From: an uncultured Clostridia bacterium
GTDB taxonomy: Bacteria; Bacillota; Clostridia; Christensenellales; UBA1242
DNA: 64,000 bases
Direction of reading: 5' to 3'
Assembly (NCBI GenBank): GCA_934747965.1
Contig: CAKVHI010000003.1
Location: 74,975-138,974, forward strand
Shown here: positions 26,728 through 35,281 of the stretch, in pieces
Numbering within the stretch: position 1 is the first letter of the stretch
Layout of the letters: the number at the start of each line of letters is the position of its first letter
Notes under the pieces: model-generated
The model's database searches: none
Told to the model about the DNA's origin: nothing
What the model saw: only the letters and a program-made list of their open reading frames with translations
Made by a program: the position numbers and the translations under genes

Positions 26728-28842
26728 TTAATTTTTTGAATTTCGTTTGCACTTTGAGCACATAAAACAACAAATTTTTGGTTTTTTAAAAACTTTAAGC
26801 AAAAACCGTAAAGACAATACAATAAGTGTTAAAATCAATAAAGATAAGAATATTGAAATAAAGTTTAATCCATTAAAAAGATTTAATAATGTAAAGAAAA
26901 CAAAAGTTACTGCATAAGCAAAAATAAATTGTATGATTAAAGCCACTAGTGTCCATTTTTTGCCAAGTTCTTTAAAATAAACACCTATTGTTGCAATGCA
27001 CGGAAGATATAAAAGAGAGAAAACTAAATAACTAAACGCCGATATTGGAGTGAAATTTATTGGACTTGTAGGATTTAAAAAAGACTTACTCAAACTTTCA
27101 ACACCCATACTTATGTCTACACTATTGATTATTGCCATTGTTGACACAATAACTTCTTTTGCAACAACACCGCAAATTAAGGCACAAACACATCCCCCAG
27201 TACCAAACCCAAGAGGAGCAAAAATAGGTGCAAGAATATTTCCAATAAACATCAACAGACTTGTTTCATTTGAATTGTTAATAAATTTAAAATTTATACT
27301 AATGTTTTGAAGTAGCCATATTATTATTGAAAAGGCAAAAAGCATGCCTGTAACTCGTTTTAAAAAGTCTAAAACATTAAAAGAAATAATCTTAACAATA
27401 CGCTTAAAACTTGGAAATCTATATGCCGGCATTTCCATAATAAAACTGCTTTCTTTGCTTTTTAATGCCGTTTTTTCAAGTAACATACTTACTGTTAATG
27501 CCACCAAAACTCCCAAAAGATATAGAAAGAATATAATCAGAACATTATTCTTGAAAAATGCACCCAAAATTACAGAGTAAAGAGGAATTTTTGCCGTGCA
27601 AGAAGTGTATCCACACAAAATAGTCGCCTTAATTTTGCTGTTTTTGTCCTCTAAAGTCCTGCTTGTTAGTGCTGCCGTTGTTGAACATCCAAAGCCCATT
27701 AAAAGCGTAAACACGCTCTTTCCGTTTAATCCAACTTTAGAAAAAATATCTTCAAAGGTAAAAGCAAGTCTTGAAATATATCCTGTATCTTCCAAAATTG
27801 ATAAAAACAAAAATAACAACACAATTTGCGGCAAAAAACTTGCCAAGGTGTTCAAAACAGTTAGCACACCATTTTCAAAAAAACTTAATATAAACTGGCT
27901 TGATGTTATTTTTGAAAGAACAAACATTGTTGGCGAAGCAATAGTTTTGTCTATCAAAAATGTTAAAGCATCAGACGCCTTTGGTCCTATTAACGAAAAA
28001 GTTAAATAAAAGATTAAAAGCATTATTAATGCAAAGATTGGCAATGCCAAAAATCTGTTTAAAACAATTTTGTCTAGTTTGCTGTAGCCATAAATTTTAT
28101 CAGTTTTTTTATTAACACAATTTTTAATTATATCATCAATAAAATTATATCTTAATTCTATAATTTTATCTTTTAGATTAAATTCCTTTAACTCGTCTTT
28201 TTGCTTTTGATTTAATTTTAAACTTTCGACAACAAAACTATCTTCTTCTAAAACCTTTAAGCAAATGTAATCATTATTTAAACTTTTAAGATTTTTTAAA
28301 TTATCTTTTATAATTTCTTTCACCTTTTTTATTGGAAGTTGTGCTAAATATGGGCAAATAAATTGATTTTTAAAATCGTTGTCCAAAAGTTTTTTAGTTT
28401 CATCTTTTTTTTGAGCATTAAACAAAACAACACTTGTTCCCAACATTTTTGACATTTTTTTAACATCAATTTCAGTTTTTGTCTTTTTAAGCTCATTTGC
28501 AAAATTTAAACAAACTTTAATATTCTTTCCACTTTCAAGCAAGTTAAGTGTAAGATATAAATTTCGGCTTAAATTATTGCTATCTAAAAGGTTGATTATG
28601 CTATCATCATGATTATAAATATAATCTCTTGCAATTTCTTCCTCAAAAGTGTAGGTCGAAAACGAATAAATACCCGGAAGGTCAACAATAACACAATCTT
28701 CGCCATCAAGTTTATACTTCTTTTCTAAAAAGTCTACCGTAACACCATGCCAGTTTCCAACATGTTCATTGCTACCAGTTAAACTATTCAAAAATGTTGT
28801 TTTTCCAACATTAGGATTTCCACACAAAATATGTTTTTTCAT
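26728..28842 (-). CDS. feoB: Ferrous iron transport protein B
   Basis: 704 aa. N-terminal G-domain GNPNVGKTT and DLPGIYS, a polytopic membrane domain, and a Cys-rich C-terminal tail. Confidence 0.93.
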   Translation of the reverse strand: MKKHILCGNPNVGKTTFLNSLTGSNEHVGNWHGVTVDFLEKKYKLDGEDCVIVDLPGIYSFSTYTFEEEIARDYIYNHDDSIINLLDSNNLSRNLYLTLNLLESGKNIKVCLNFANELKKTKTEIDVKKMSKMLGTSVVLFNAQKKDETKKLLDNDFKNQFICPYLAQLPIKKVKEIIKDNLKNLKSLNNDYICLKVLEEDSFVVESLKLNQKQKDELKEFNLKDKIIELRYNFIDDIIKNCVNKKTDKIYGYSKLDKIVLNRFLALPIFALIMLLIFYLTFSLIGPKASDALTFLIDKTIASPTMFVLSKITSSQFILSFFENGVLTVLNTLASFLPQIVLLFLFLSILEDTGYISRLAFTFEDIFSKVGLNGKSVFTLLMGFGCSTTAALTSRTLEDKNSKIKATILCGYTSCTAKIPLYSVILGAFFKNNVLIIFFLYLLGVLVALTVSMLLEKTALKSKESSFIMEMPAYRFPSFKRIVKIISFNVLDFLKRVTGMLFAFSIIIWLLQNISINFKFINNSNETSLLMFIGNILAPIFAPLGFGTGGCVCALICGVVAKEVIVSTMAIINSVDISMGVESLSKSFLNPTSPINFTPISAFSYLVFSLLYLPCIATIGVYFKELGKKWTLVALIIQFIFAYAVTFVFFTLLNLFNGLNFISIFLSLLILTLIVLSLRFLLKVFKKPKICCFMCSKCKRNSKN

Positions 28843-29093
28843 AAGGTTTTCTCCTTTGAAGGTATAATTTCAATCAAACTTACAGCCGATTTTCTCAGTG
28901 CCAAAATATAACCCCTAATCTCAATCAAAAAACTGTGTTTTAAACTTGAAATATTCAAAACTCTAACTAATGTTCCTTTTGTAAAGCCAAGTTCATAAAG
29001 TCTATTTCTGATTTTTATATTTCCACTTATCTTTGTGATATACCCCGCTTCACCAGTTTTTAGGGATGACAAAACTACATTTTTTTCTTGCAT
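28839..29093 (-). CDS. feoA: FeoA family iron transport protein
   Basis: SH3-like region GEAGYITKISGNIKIRNRLYELGFTKGTLVRV. Overlaps the feoB start. The ATG at 29093 is preferred. Confidence 0.8.
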   Translation of the reverse strand: MQEKNVVLSSLKTGEAGYITKISGNIKIRNRLYELGFTKGTLVRVLNISSLKHSFLIEIRGYILALRKSAVSLIEIIPSKEKTL

Positions 29094-29178
29094 GGTATAT
29101 TCTATTTTAAAGTTATAAAAAATATGTAAAAATTTGTAAAAAAACATTAAAACGATTTTGATTTATACTAATTTTTCT

Positions 29179-29190
29179 GCATAATTATGC
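29179..29190. promoter_or_regulatory. Perfect 12-bp palindrome GCATAATTATGC upstream of feoAB (candidate metalloregulator operator)
   Basis: AT-rich dyad of the ATAAT/ATTAT type, in the feoA upstream region. Confidence 0.3.
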
Positions 29191-29300
29191 GAAATTATTT
29201 ATAAATATTAAACTTGGCCGCACTTTTCACAAAAAATAAAAAAATGGTTGATATTACCAAAAAAAACCATAATAAAAATCAATAAAAAACTCAAACTATT

Positions 29301-29326
29301 ATTGTAAAGAAAAATCTCTTTACAAT
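29301..29326 (+). promoter_or_regulatory. Perfect 10-bp inverted repeat just upstream of the SD of the small basic protein gene
   Basis: ATTGTAAAGA-AAAATC-TCTTTACAAT, ending 4 nt before AGGAGG. Confidence 0.5.
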
Positions 29327-29347
29327 TTATAGGAGGTGAAAACTATT

Positions 29348-29545
29348 ATGATGAGAAAGAAAAATGCAAGCACTGAAACTCAAAATTGCTCTAACTGCTC
29401 AAACAACTGTGGTAAATGCGGTAGAAGCAAAAGTGCTACTAAATCTAATCAAGTAGAAACTTCAAGAAGCGCTGGAAAAAGAAGCCATAGTGCCACAACA
29501 ACTCGCTCTAAATCAAGTTCTACTAGAAGCAGAAGTAGTAAATAG
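29348..29545 (+). CDS. Small Cys-knuckle, Ser/Arg/Lys-rich basic protein, 65 aa
   Basis: AGGAGG SD followed by ATG ATG. Sequence MMRKKNASTETQNCSNCSNNCGKCGRSKS...RSKSSSTRSRSSK. Followed by its own terminator. Confidence 0.6.
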   Translation: MMRKKNASTETQNCSNCSNNCGKCGRSKSATKSNQVETSRSAGKRSHSATTTRSKSSSTRSRSSK

Positions 29546-29550
29546 TTTTC

Positions 29551-29585
29551 AAAAAAAAGGGAAAGTATCAACTTTCTCTTTTTAT
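29551..29585 (+). terminator. Intrinsic terminator after the small basic protein gene
   Basis: A8, GGGAAAGT-ATCA-ACTTTCTC hairpin, then a T-run. Confidence 0.65.
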
Positions 29586-29710
29586 TTGTATTTTCTCTTT
29601 TTATTGCTCTCTATTACATTTTCCTTGTTTATAAAATGATTTATAAAATCTATCAAAAATTTTAAACTTTTTTTAAAACAAATAGGGGTCATATTTTAAT
29701 AGAGATGAAA

Positions 29711-30160
29711 TTATTTACTTATAATTTTTATAACTTCAAGGCATAAACGATAAACATTTATAGCGGAATGCTCTTTTATAATCGTTTGGCTTTCATCTGC
29801 AAATTTTTCAGTAAGATAAATATGCTGTTTATCATCTTTCATAGCACAATCAAATGTAAATAATCTAAAATCATTACCATCAAATGTTAAACACAATGAA
29901 TAAGCATCACCATTTTGATTTACAAAATTATCTTCATACTGTATTGCATAAATCTTTGCTTTATTTTCATAGTTTATTATAGATTCTTTTATAGGCATAT
30001 ATTTAACAGGAACATTATTTTCCTTCATAATGGCATCACAACAGCCCCTAAATACCGCTGTCCAAAGTTTGGAATCTTTGTCCATAAGCCTTATAAAATC
30101 TTTTTTTACTCTATTTAAGTATTTAAGCAATTTATTGCTTATTAGTTGATTATATGTCAT
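29711..30160 (-). CDS. Hypothetical protein, 149 aa
   Basis: Intact ORF with an AAAGGT SD. No motif recognised. Confidence 0.5.
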   Translation of the reverse strand: MTYNQLISNKLLKYLNRVKKDFIRLMDKDSKLWTAVFRGCCDAIMKENNVPVKYMPIKESIINYENKAKIYAIQYEDNFVNQNGDAYSLCLTFDGNDFRLFTFDCAMKDDKQHIYLTEKFADESQTIIKEHSAINVYRLCLEVIKIISK

Positions 30161-30263
30161 AATGTTACCTTTTTAATTATTCCAAAAAAAACTAAACAGT
30201 AAAAGAATATAATCTGTTGTTTATTTAGTTTTATAAAGTTATATTTCAATAACTTTAATTTTA

Positions 30264-31895
30264 TTATTCTAAACTAATTAGATAGTAATATACTGGTTGA
30301 CCGCCACAAAGCATACTGATTTCTTTTTCAGGATAAAGTGCATACAATTTTTCTTGCAAATTTAAGGCATCTTGTTCTTTAACTTCATCGCCATAAAATA
30401 GTGAAACATTTATAACATCATCAGACATCATTTTGTCTAGTAAACTAATTACAGTTTCTTCGATTGTTTTACCTTTTGTTAAAATGCTTGAATCTGTTAA
30501 GCCAATTATATCATTTTTTTGGATGCTAATACCGTCAACATTTGTGTTTCTTACCGCATAAGTAATGCTTGCTGATTTTACAGTTTGCAAACTATCAGTC
30601 ATCGCTTCTGTGTTTTCTTCAACAGATGCTTCTGGGTTAAAAGACAAACAAGCACTCATTCCTTCTGGAATGTTTTTTGAAGGAATTACAATCAAATTTT
30701 TGTTGGTTAATTGTTTTGCTTGTTCGCAAGCAAGAATTATGTTTTTATTGTTTGGCAAAATAAAGATGTTCTTTGCATTAATCTCATCAACACCCTCTAA
30801 AATATCTTCTGCAGACGGATTCATAGTTTGACCGCCTTCCAAAACATAATCAACGCCAACATCTTTGAAGATAGAAACAAGCCCATCTCCGGCACAAACC
30901 GAAATTAAGCCATATTCTTTCATTTCTTCCAAGGCTTTTTGCTTTTTAAGTTCTCGGTTTTCTTCAAGCATATTTTCAATTTTAAGGTTAAACAATTCGC
31001 CAAGTTCCAAACCATAGCCTAGTGCTTTGTTTGGCTCATTTGTGTGAACATGGACTTTAACCAAACTTAAATCGCCGATACAGATAACTGAATCGCCAAT
31101 TTCCATTAATTTTTCTCTAAGTCTGTCTATATCACTTACAGTAGTCTTTTTATGCATTTGAATAACCATAAATTCTGTACAATAAGCAAATTCAATATCC
31201 GCCAAATCCATTAAATTTACTTCGGCATTGCTTTTTACAACAGGAACAACAGTTTCTGACATTTTAACTTCAACGCTTTCATCGCCAGTGATTAATTTAT
31301 AAAATCCATTAAAAATAATCATCAAGCCTTGTCCACCACTGTCAACAACACCTGCTTTTTTCAAAACTGGCAACAATTCTGGGGTCATTTGAAGAGCACT
31401 TTCGCCTTCATCAATAACACCTTTCAAAAATTCTTCAAAAGAGATTTGCTTTTTTGAAAGTCTTGTTGCTGCCTCACTCATCATTCTTATAACTGTTAAG
31501 ATTGTGCCTTCTTTTGGTTTTGTAACTGCGTTATATGCAACTTCAGCACCACTATTTATCGCTTTAGCAAAATTTTTTACATCAATTTCTTTTTCAGTTG
31601 AAAGCACCGTGCAAATACCTTTTAAAATTTGAGATAAAATAACGCCGCTGTTTCCTCTTGCGCCTCTTAACGCCCCCTTTTGCACTGCTTCGCATAAACT
31701 ATCCAAATTATTGTTTGGACACATATTAATTTCTTTAACCGCACTGTTTAAAGTTAAACTCATATTTGTTCCAGTATCACCGTCTGGCACTGGAAAAACA
31801 TTCAAACTGTCAACATAACTTCTATTTTCTTCTAATACCTTGCCACCTGCTATAATCATCTTTCTGAATGTGGCACCATTTATATTTTTTTGCAT
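30264..31895 (-). CDS. yloV: DAK2 domain fusion protein YloV
   Basis: DAK2 motif PVPDGDTGTNM with a long C-terminal domain. Follows the asp23-like gene, as in B. subtilis yloU-yloV. The ATG at 31895 is preferred. Confidence 0.85.
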   Translation of the reverse strand: MQKNINGATFRKMIIAGGKVLEENRSYVDSLNVFPVPDGDTGTNMSLTLNSAVKEINMCPNNNLDSLCEAVQKGALRGARGNSGVILSQILKGICTVLSTEKEIDVKNFAKAINSGAEVAYNAVTKPKEGTILTVIRMMSEAATRLSKKQISFEEFLKGVIDEGESALQMTPELLPVLKKAGVVDSGGQGLMIIFNGFYKLITGDESVEVKMSETVVPVVKSNAEVNLMDLADIEFAYCTEFMVIQMHKKTTVSDIDRLREKLMEIGDSVICIGDLSLVKVHVHTNEPNKALGYGLELGELFNLKIENMLEENRELKKQKALEEMKEYGLISVCAGDGLVSIFKDVGVDYVLEGGQTMNPSAEDILEGVDEINAKNIFILPNNKNIILACEQAKQLTNKNLIVIPSKNIPEGMSACLSFNPEASVEENTEAMTDSLQTVKSASITYAVRNTNVDGISIQKNDIIGLTDSSILTKGKTIEETVISLLDKMMSDDVINVSLFYGDEVKEQDALNLQEKLYALYPEKEISMLCGGQPVYYYLISLE

Positions 31896-31931
31896 TTCGC
31901 AAACTATCCCCCTAATATTCAACAAAAAAAG

Positions 31932-32282
31932 CTAAACCCTAACACCAAGCACATTAACATTCACACTATCTACAATCATACCTGTAAATTTTTCTACAGA
32001 ATATTTAATTGTGCTTTTTAAAGATTCAGCAACTGCGTTAATAGAAACGCCGTATTTTAAAATAACATATAAGTCGATATAAATCTTGTTGTCAACAGTA
32101 ATAACTTTAACCCCTTTATTAGAGCTCTTTTTCTTAAAAAGCTCGTGCAAATTATCGCTAAATTTTTTAGCGACAAGGTCAACAACACCATAACAATCTA
32201 AAGCAACTTTTGCACAAACGCTTTCTATTGCTTCTTCTGTGATTGATATTTTGCCATAAGAATTTGTTGTGTTAACAGGCAT
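31932..32282 (-). CDS. Asp23/Gls24 family envelope stress protein (YloU-like)
   Basis: 116 aa. GKISITEEAIESV...YGV pattern. Divergent from rpmB. Confidence 0.8.
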   Translation of the reverse strand: MPVNTTNSYGKISITEEAIESVCAKVALDCYGVVDLVAKKFSDNLHELFKKKSSNKGVKVITVDNKIYIDLYVILKYGVSINAVAESLKSTIKYSVEKFTGMIVDSVNVNVLGVRV

Positions 32283-32412
32283 ATTTACTCCACTTAATCA
32301 AATTTTTTCAATCTTATTATTACCAATTTATTTTAGTAACATTAATATATTACACAATTTTTTACTTAATTGCAATAATTTTTGAAATATTTTTTGAAAT
32401 TTTTAAAAACAC

Positions 32413-32441
32413 TTGCAAATTATGTTTTTTTGTGTTACAAT
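32413..32441 (+). promoter_or_regulatory. Sigma-A promoter of rpmB
   Basis: TTGCAA, 17 nt (includes TGt), TACAAT. Confidence 0.55.
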
Positions 32442-32484
32442 ATCAAAGTTTTAAATTGATAAATCTATTAAAGGAGTTTTATAT

Positions 32485-32664
32485 ATGAGTAGAGTTTGTA
32501 GTATTTGCGGTAAAGGCAAAATGAAAGGTAATATGGTTAGCCACTCAAACATTAAAACAAACAAACACTATAATGCTAATGTTCAAAAAGTTAAAGTAGA
32601 AATTGACGGAACAACAAAGAGTGAATATGTTTGCACTAAATGTTTAAAAACTTTAAAAGACTAA
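32485..32664 (+). CDS. rpmB: 50S ribosomal protein L28 (below the ORF-track cutoff)
   Basis: Own translation: MSRVCSICGKGKMKGNMVSHSNIKTNKHYNANVQKVKVEIDGTTKSEYVCTKCLKTLKD. AAGGAG SD. Confidence 0.9.
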   Translation: MSRVCSICGKGKMKGNMVSHSNIKTNKHYNANVQKVKVEIDGTTKSEYVCTKCLKTLKD

Positions 32665-32683
32665 TTTACAAAAAAGCAAAAAA

Positions 32684-32706
32684 GCGGAGTTCTCCGCTTT
32701 TTTTTT
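32684..32706 (+). terminator. Intrinsic terminator after rpmB
   Basis: GCGGAG-TT-CTCCGC hairpin followed by T9. Confidence 0.8.
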
Positions 32707-32783
32707 GTTCGCTTAATAATCTTCATGTTTAACCATTTTTTGAAATCAAAAACAAAAAACAGATATGTAACACAATTTGTGTT

Positions 32784-32861
32784 TTAGCCTTTAAGTTGTT
32801 TCCTAAAAATAAGTTTTAAAAGTGGGACTAAAACTTTTGGTGCTTTAATGCAAATAATCAT
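32784..32861 (-). CDS. Candidate 25-aa cationic hydrophobic peptide
   Basis: GGAGGA SD lies 7 nt before the ATG. Own translation: MIICIKAPKVLVPLLKLIFRKQLKG. Downstream of rpe. Confidence 0.3.
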   Translation of the reverse strand: MIICIKAPKVLVPLLKLIFRKQLKG

Positions 32862-32917
32862 AACAATATCCTCCGCTAAAATATGATATGATTTATTTTG
32901 AATTTTGGTTATTAACT

Positions 32918-33553
32918 TTAAATTTTTAATTTTTTAATTAACTCTGTTTTGTTATCTGCGTTTTTAAAAGCCCCGCCCACAACAACTATGTCGGCACCCG
33001 CTTTTTTTATTTTGTCTATATTATTCAAGTTAACCCCGCCATCAACTTCAATTATTTTGTCTGGAAACATTTTGCGTGTCGACTCTATTTTATCAAAAAT
33101 TTCATCAATAAAAGTTTGACCATACTCCCCAATTTTAACGCTCATAATCAAAATCAAATCAAACAAATCTTTAAGTCGTTCTATTTTCTCTGGCTTTGTT
33201 GAAACAAAAAGAGCCAAGCCCACTATAACTTTCTTTTGTTTCAAATATGAAAGTGTTGCAATCAAATCTTCAATGTTATCAAAGGCTTCATAGTGAACGG
33301 TTATGATGTTGGCGCCACTAAAAACATAGTTTTCAACAAGATTTTTTGGCTTGTCAACCATCAAATGGCAATCTAAAACAAATGTTGAATTGTCATTTAT
33401 GTTTTTAACTTTATTAAAGTCAAAAGTTTTGTTTTTGGTAAGACTTCCGTCCATAATATCTAGGTGCAAAAAATCTGCTCCACTAGATATAATTTGTGGT
33501 AGCATTTCTTCTATGTTGTCATTGTATGGCAAACTTGAAACAGAAACTAGCAT
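32918..33553 (-). CDS. rpe: Ribulose-phosphate 3-epimerase (divergent)
   Basis: 211 aa. FLHLDIMDG, HLMV, VDGG and a C-terminal GGAF. Context rpe-rpmB as in B. subtilis. Confidence 0.75.
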   Translation of the reverse strand: MLVSVSSLPYNDNIEEMLPQIISSGADFLHLDIMDGSLTKNKTFDFNKVKNINDNSTFVLDCHLMVDKPKNLVENYVFSGANIITVHYEAFDNIEDLIATLSYLKQKKVIVGLALFVSTKPEKIERLKDLFDLILIMSVKIGEYGQTFIDEIFDKIESTRKMFPDKIIEVDGGVNLNNIDKIKKAGADIVVVGGAFKNADNKTELIKKLKI

Positions 33554-33569
33554 ATTTTATCTCCTTAAA

Positions 33570-33914
33570 CTAAAACGCATATTTAATATGATTTATTTCA
33601 TCGCCTAAAACTTCTATAACATCAAATCTAAACTTACTTTCCAAAAGGTTGTGAAATTTTAAATAAATTGTTGCACAATCACGAATTTTCTTTTGTTTGA
33701 AAGGTGTTACGGCTTCACAAGGATAGCCAAACAATGTTGATGCCCGTGTTTTAACTTCGACAAAAACTCTTTCACCACTTTGTTTATCAAAGCAAATAAT
33801 ATCAATTTCTCCAATAAAATTGGTATAATTTTTCTTTAAAATTTTATATCCCTGTTTTTTTAAAAATTTTTCTGCAAGTATTTCGCCCTTTGTTCCCAAA
33901 ATTTTTGTGTTCAT
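33570..33914 (-). CDS. yraN: YraN family (UPF0102) endonuclease-like protein
   Basis: 114 aa. GEILAEKFLKKQGYKIL, GEIDIIC and VFVEVKTR motifs. Confidence 0.85.
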   Translation of the reverse strand: MNTKILGTKGEILAEKFLKKQGYKILKKNYTNFIGEIDIICFDKQSGERVFVEVKTRASTLFGYPCEAVTPFKQKKIRDCATIYLKFHNLLESKFRFDVIEVLGDEINHIKYAF

Positions 33915-33926
33915 CTTTAACCTTTT

Positions 33927-34550
33927 TTAAACATTAAAATTTTTTATAAAACTTTCTCTGTGAAGTTCGCACTTCCCAAATTTTTTTAAAAGTTCAATAT
34001 GTTCTTTTGTTCCATAGCCTTTGTGCTTTTCAAAATGGTAATTAGGATATATTTTAGAATAATCTTTCATAATTCTATCCCTAGTTACTTTTGCCAAAAT
34101 ACTGGCACAGCCAATAGAATAACTTAAAAAATCGCCTTTGATTATTGAAAGAGTTTCGACATCCAAATTTAATCCAGTAACAGCATCAACAAGCACAACA
34201 TCTGGCTTTATGTTTAGCCCTTTAACCGCTTCAGTCATACCTCGTTTGGTGGCATTCAAAATGTTTATTTCATCAATAATCTTTTCATTCACTATTGATA
34301 TTTTAAAGGCTAAAGCCGTTTTAATAATTTTGTCATACAAAACTTCTCGTTTTGTTTCAGAAAGTTTTTTACTGTCATCAACGCCTTCAATTATGCTAGC
34401 ACTGTCTAGTGGCATAATAACTGCACAAACAACCACAGGACCTGCAAGCGGACCTCTTCCTGCTTCATCTACCCCACAAATAAAGTTATAGCCTTTTTCT
34501 AAAAACTTTTTTTCATACTGAAATTTGTCAACAATCTCTTTAGTTTTCAT
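33927..34550 (-). CDS. rnhB: Ribonuclease HII
   Basis: GVDEAGRGPLAGPVV and DSKKLS motifs. Start chosen at MKTKEIV (ORF track extends to 34589). Confidence 0.88.
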   Translation of the reverse strand: MKTKEIVDKFQYEKKFLEKGYNFICGVDEAGRGPLAGPVVVCAVIMPLDSASIIEGVDDSKKLSETKREVLYDKIIKTALAFKISIVNEKIIDEINILNATKRGMTEAVKGLNIKPDVVLVDAVTGLNLDVETLSIIKGDFLSYSIGCASILAKVTRDRIMKDYSKIYPNYHFEKHKGYGTKEHIELLKKFGKCELHRESFIKNFNV

Positions 34551-34557
34551 AAAAATT

Positions 34558-34585
34558 ATTTTATCACAAATCATAAAATTGTCAA
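34558..34585 (-). promoter_or_regulatory. Sigma-A promoter 7 nt from the rnhB ATG (leaderless arrangement)
   Basis: Minus strand TTGACA (34585-34580), 16 nt ending TGa, TAAAAT (34563-34558), AATTTTT, then ATG at 34550. No SD. Confidence 0.5.
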
Positions 34586-34607
34586 ACAAGATTACAAAAA
34601 TATTTTA

Positions 34608-34636
34608 TTGACAAAAATTTACTTTTTTGATAAAAT
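34608..34636 (+). promoter_or_regulatory. Sigma-A promoter of the 34656 gene
   Basis: TTGACA, 17 nt ending TGa, TAAAAT. The ORF-track start at 34608 is actually the -35 box. Confidence 0.55.
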
Positions 34637-34655
34637 TTATTATATAGAGGCAGAA

Positions 34656-35234
34656 ATGTTAACAAAAATTAATTCAAAACGAGTTTATAATTATTTAAAA
34701 AATAACAACTTTGACATTCAAAATGTTAATCCAAAAATTAAAGATTTGCTTTTTGACCCAAAAATTTTGAAAGAGGTAAACAGCAACCTTAAAAGCAATG
34801 ATAAAATACTTTATGTTAAAGATATTTTTTTGCTTGAAGTATGCTTGCTTAACTCAGTTTTTAAAGATAATAATGGAAATAATAAAATCTCCTACAACTT
34901 TATAAAAAGGCAATTTGGAATAAAGGTCTATGACCAGAATTTTGATATAAAAAAACAGCAATTATTTTTGAAAAACAACCCAAATTTTTCAGGGAAATAT
35001 AAAGTGTATAGAATTCCTAATATGTTTGTTGAAAGTTGTTGTGATAGTGAAAATCATTTTAATTTAAATATGAAAACAAATAGTTTTTTCGTAATTAAAC
35101 AAATTTCTTTGCAATCACTTTTAAAGTCAAAAATAGATTTTATAACAGTAGAGCAACTTGAAAATTTGCAGTCTAACATTGAATTTAGTGATAAAATAGC
35201 AAAATTAAAAGAAGACAGAAAAAAAGAGTTATAA
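34656..35234 (+). CDS. Hypothetical protein, 192 aa
   Basis: AGAGG SD before the ATG at 34656 (MLTKINSK...). Asn/Lys-rich. No motif recognised. Confidence 0.5.
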   Translation: MLTKINSKRVYNYLKNNNFDIQNVNPKIKDLLFDPKILKEVNSNLKSNDKILYVKDIFLLEVCLLNSVFKDNNGNNKISYNFIKRQFGIKVYDQNFDIKKQQLFLKNNPNFSGKYKVYRIPNMFVESCCDSENHFNLNMKTNSFFVIKQISLQSLLKSKIDFITVEQLENLQSNIEFSDKIAKLKEDRKKEL

Positions 35235-35265
35235 AAAATGCGGACTAAAATGTCTGCATTTTTTA
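35233..35265. terminator. Bidirectional terminator between convergent genes
   Basis: ATGCGGAC-TAAAAT-GTCTGCAT hairpin flanked by A6 and T6. Confidence 0.65.
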
Positions 35266-35281
35266 TAAATAAAGACTTAAA

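Noticed and set aside
26622-26822. 66-aa minus-strand ORF overlapping the feoB 3' end
   Set aside because: It overlaps feoB in another frame and has no SD. Its composition is typical of an out-of-frame artefact.
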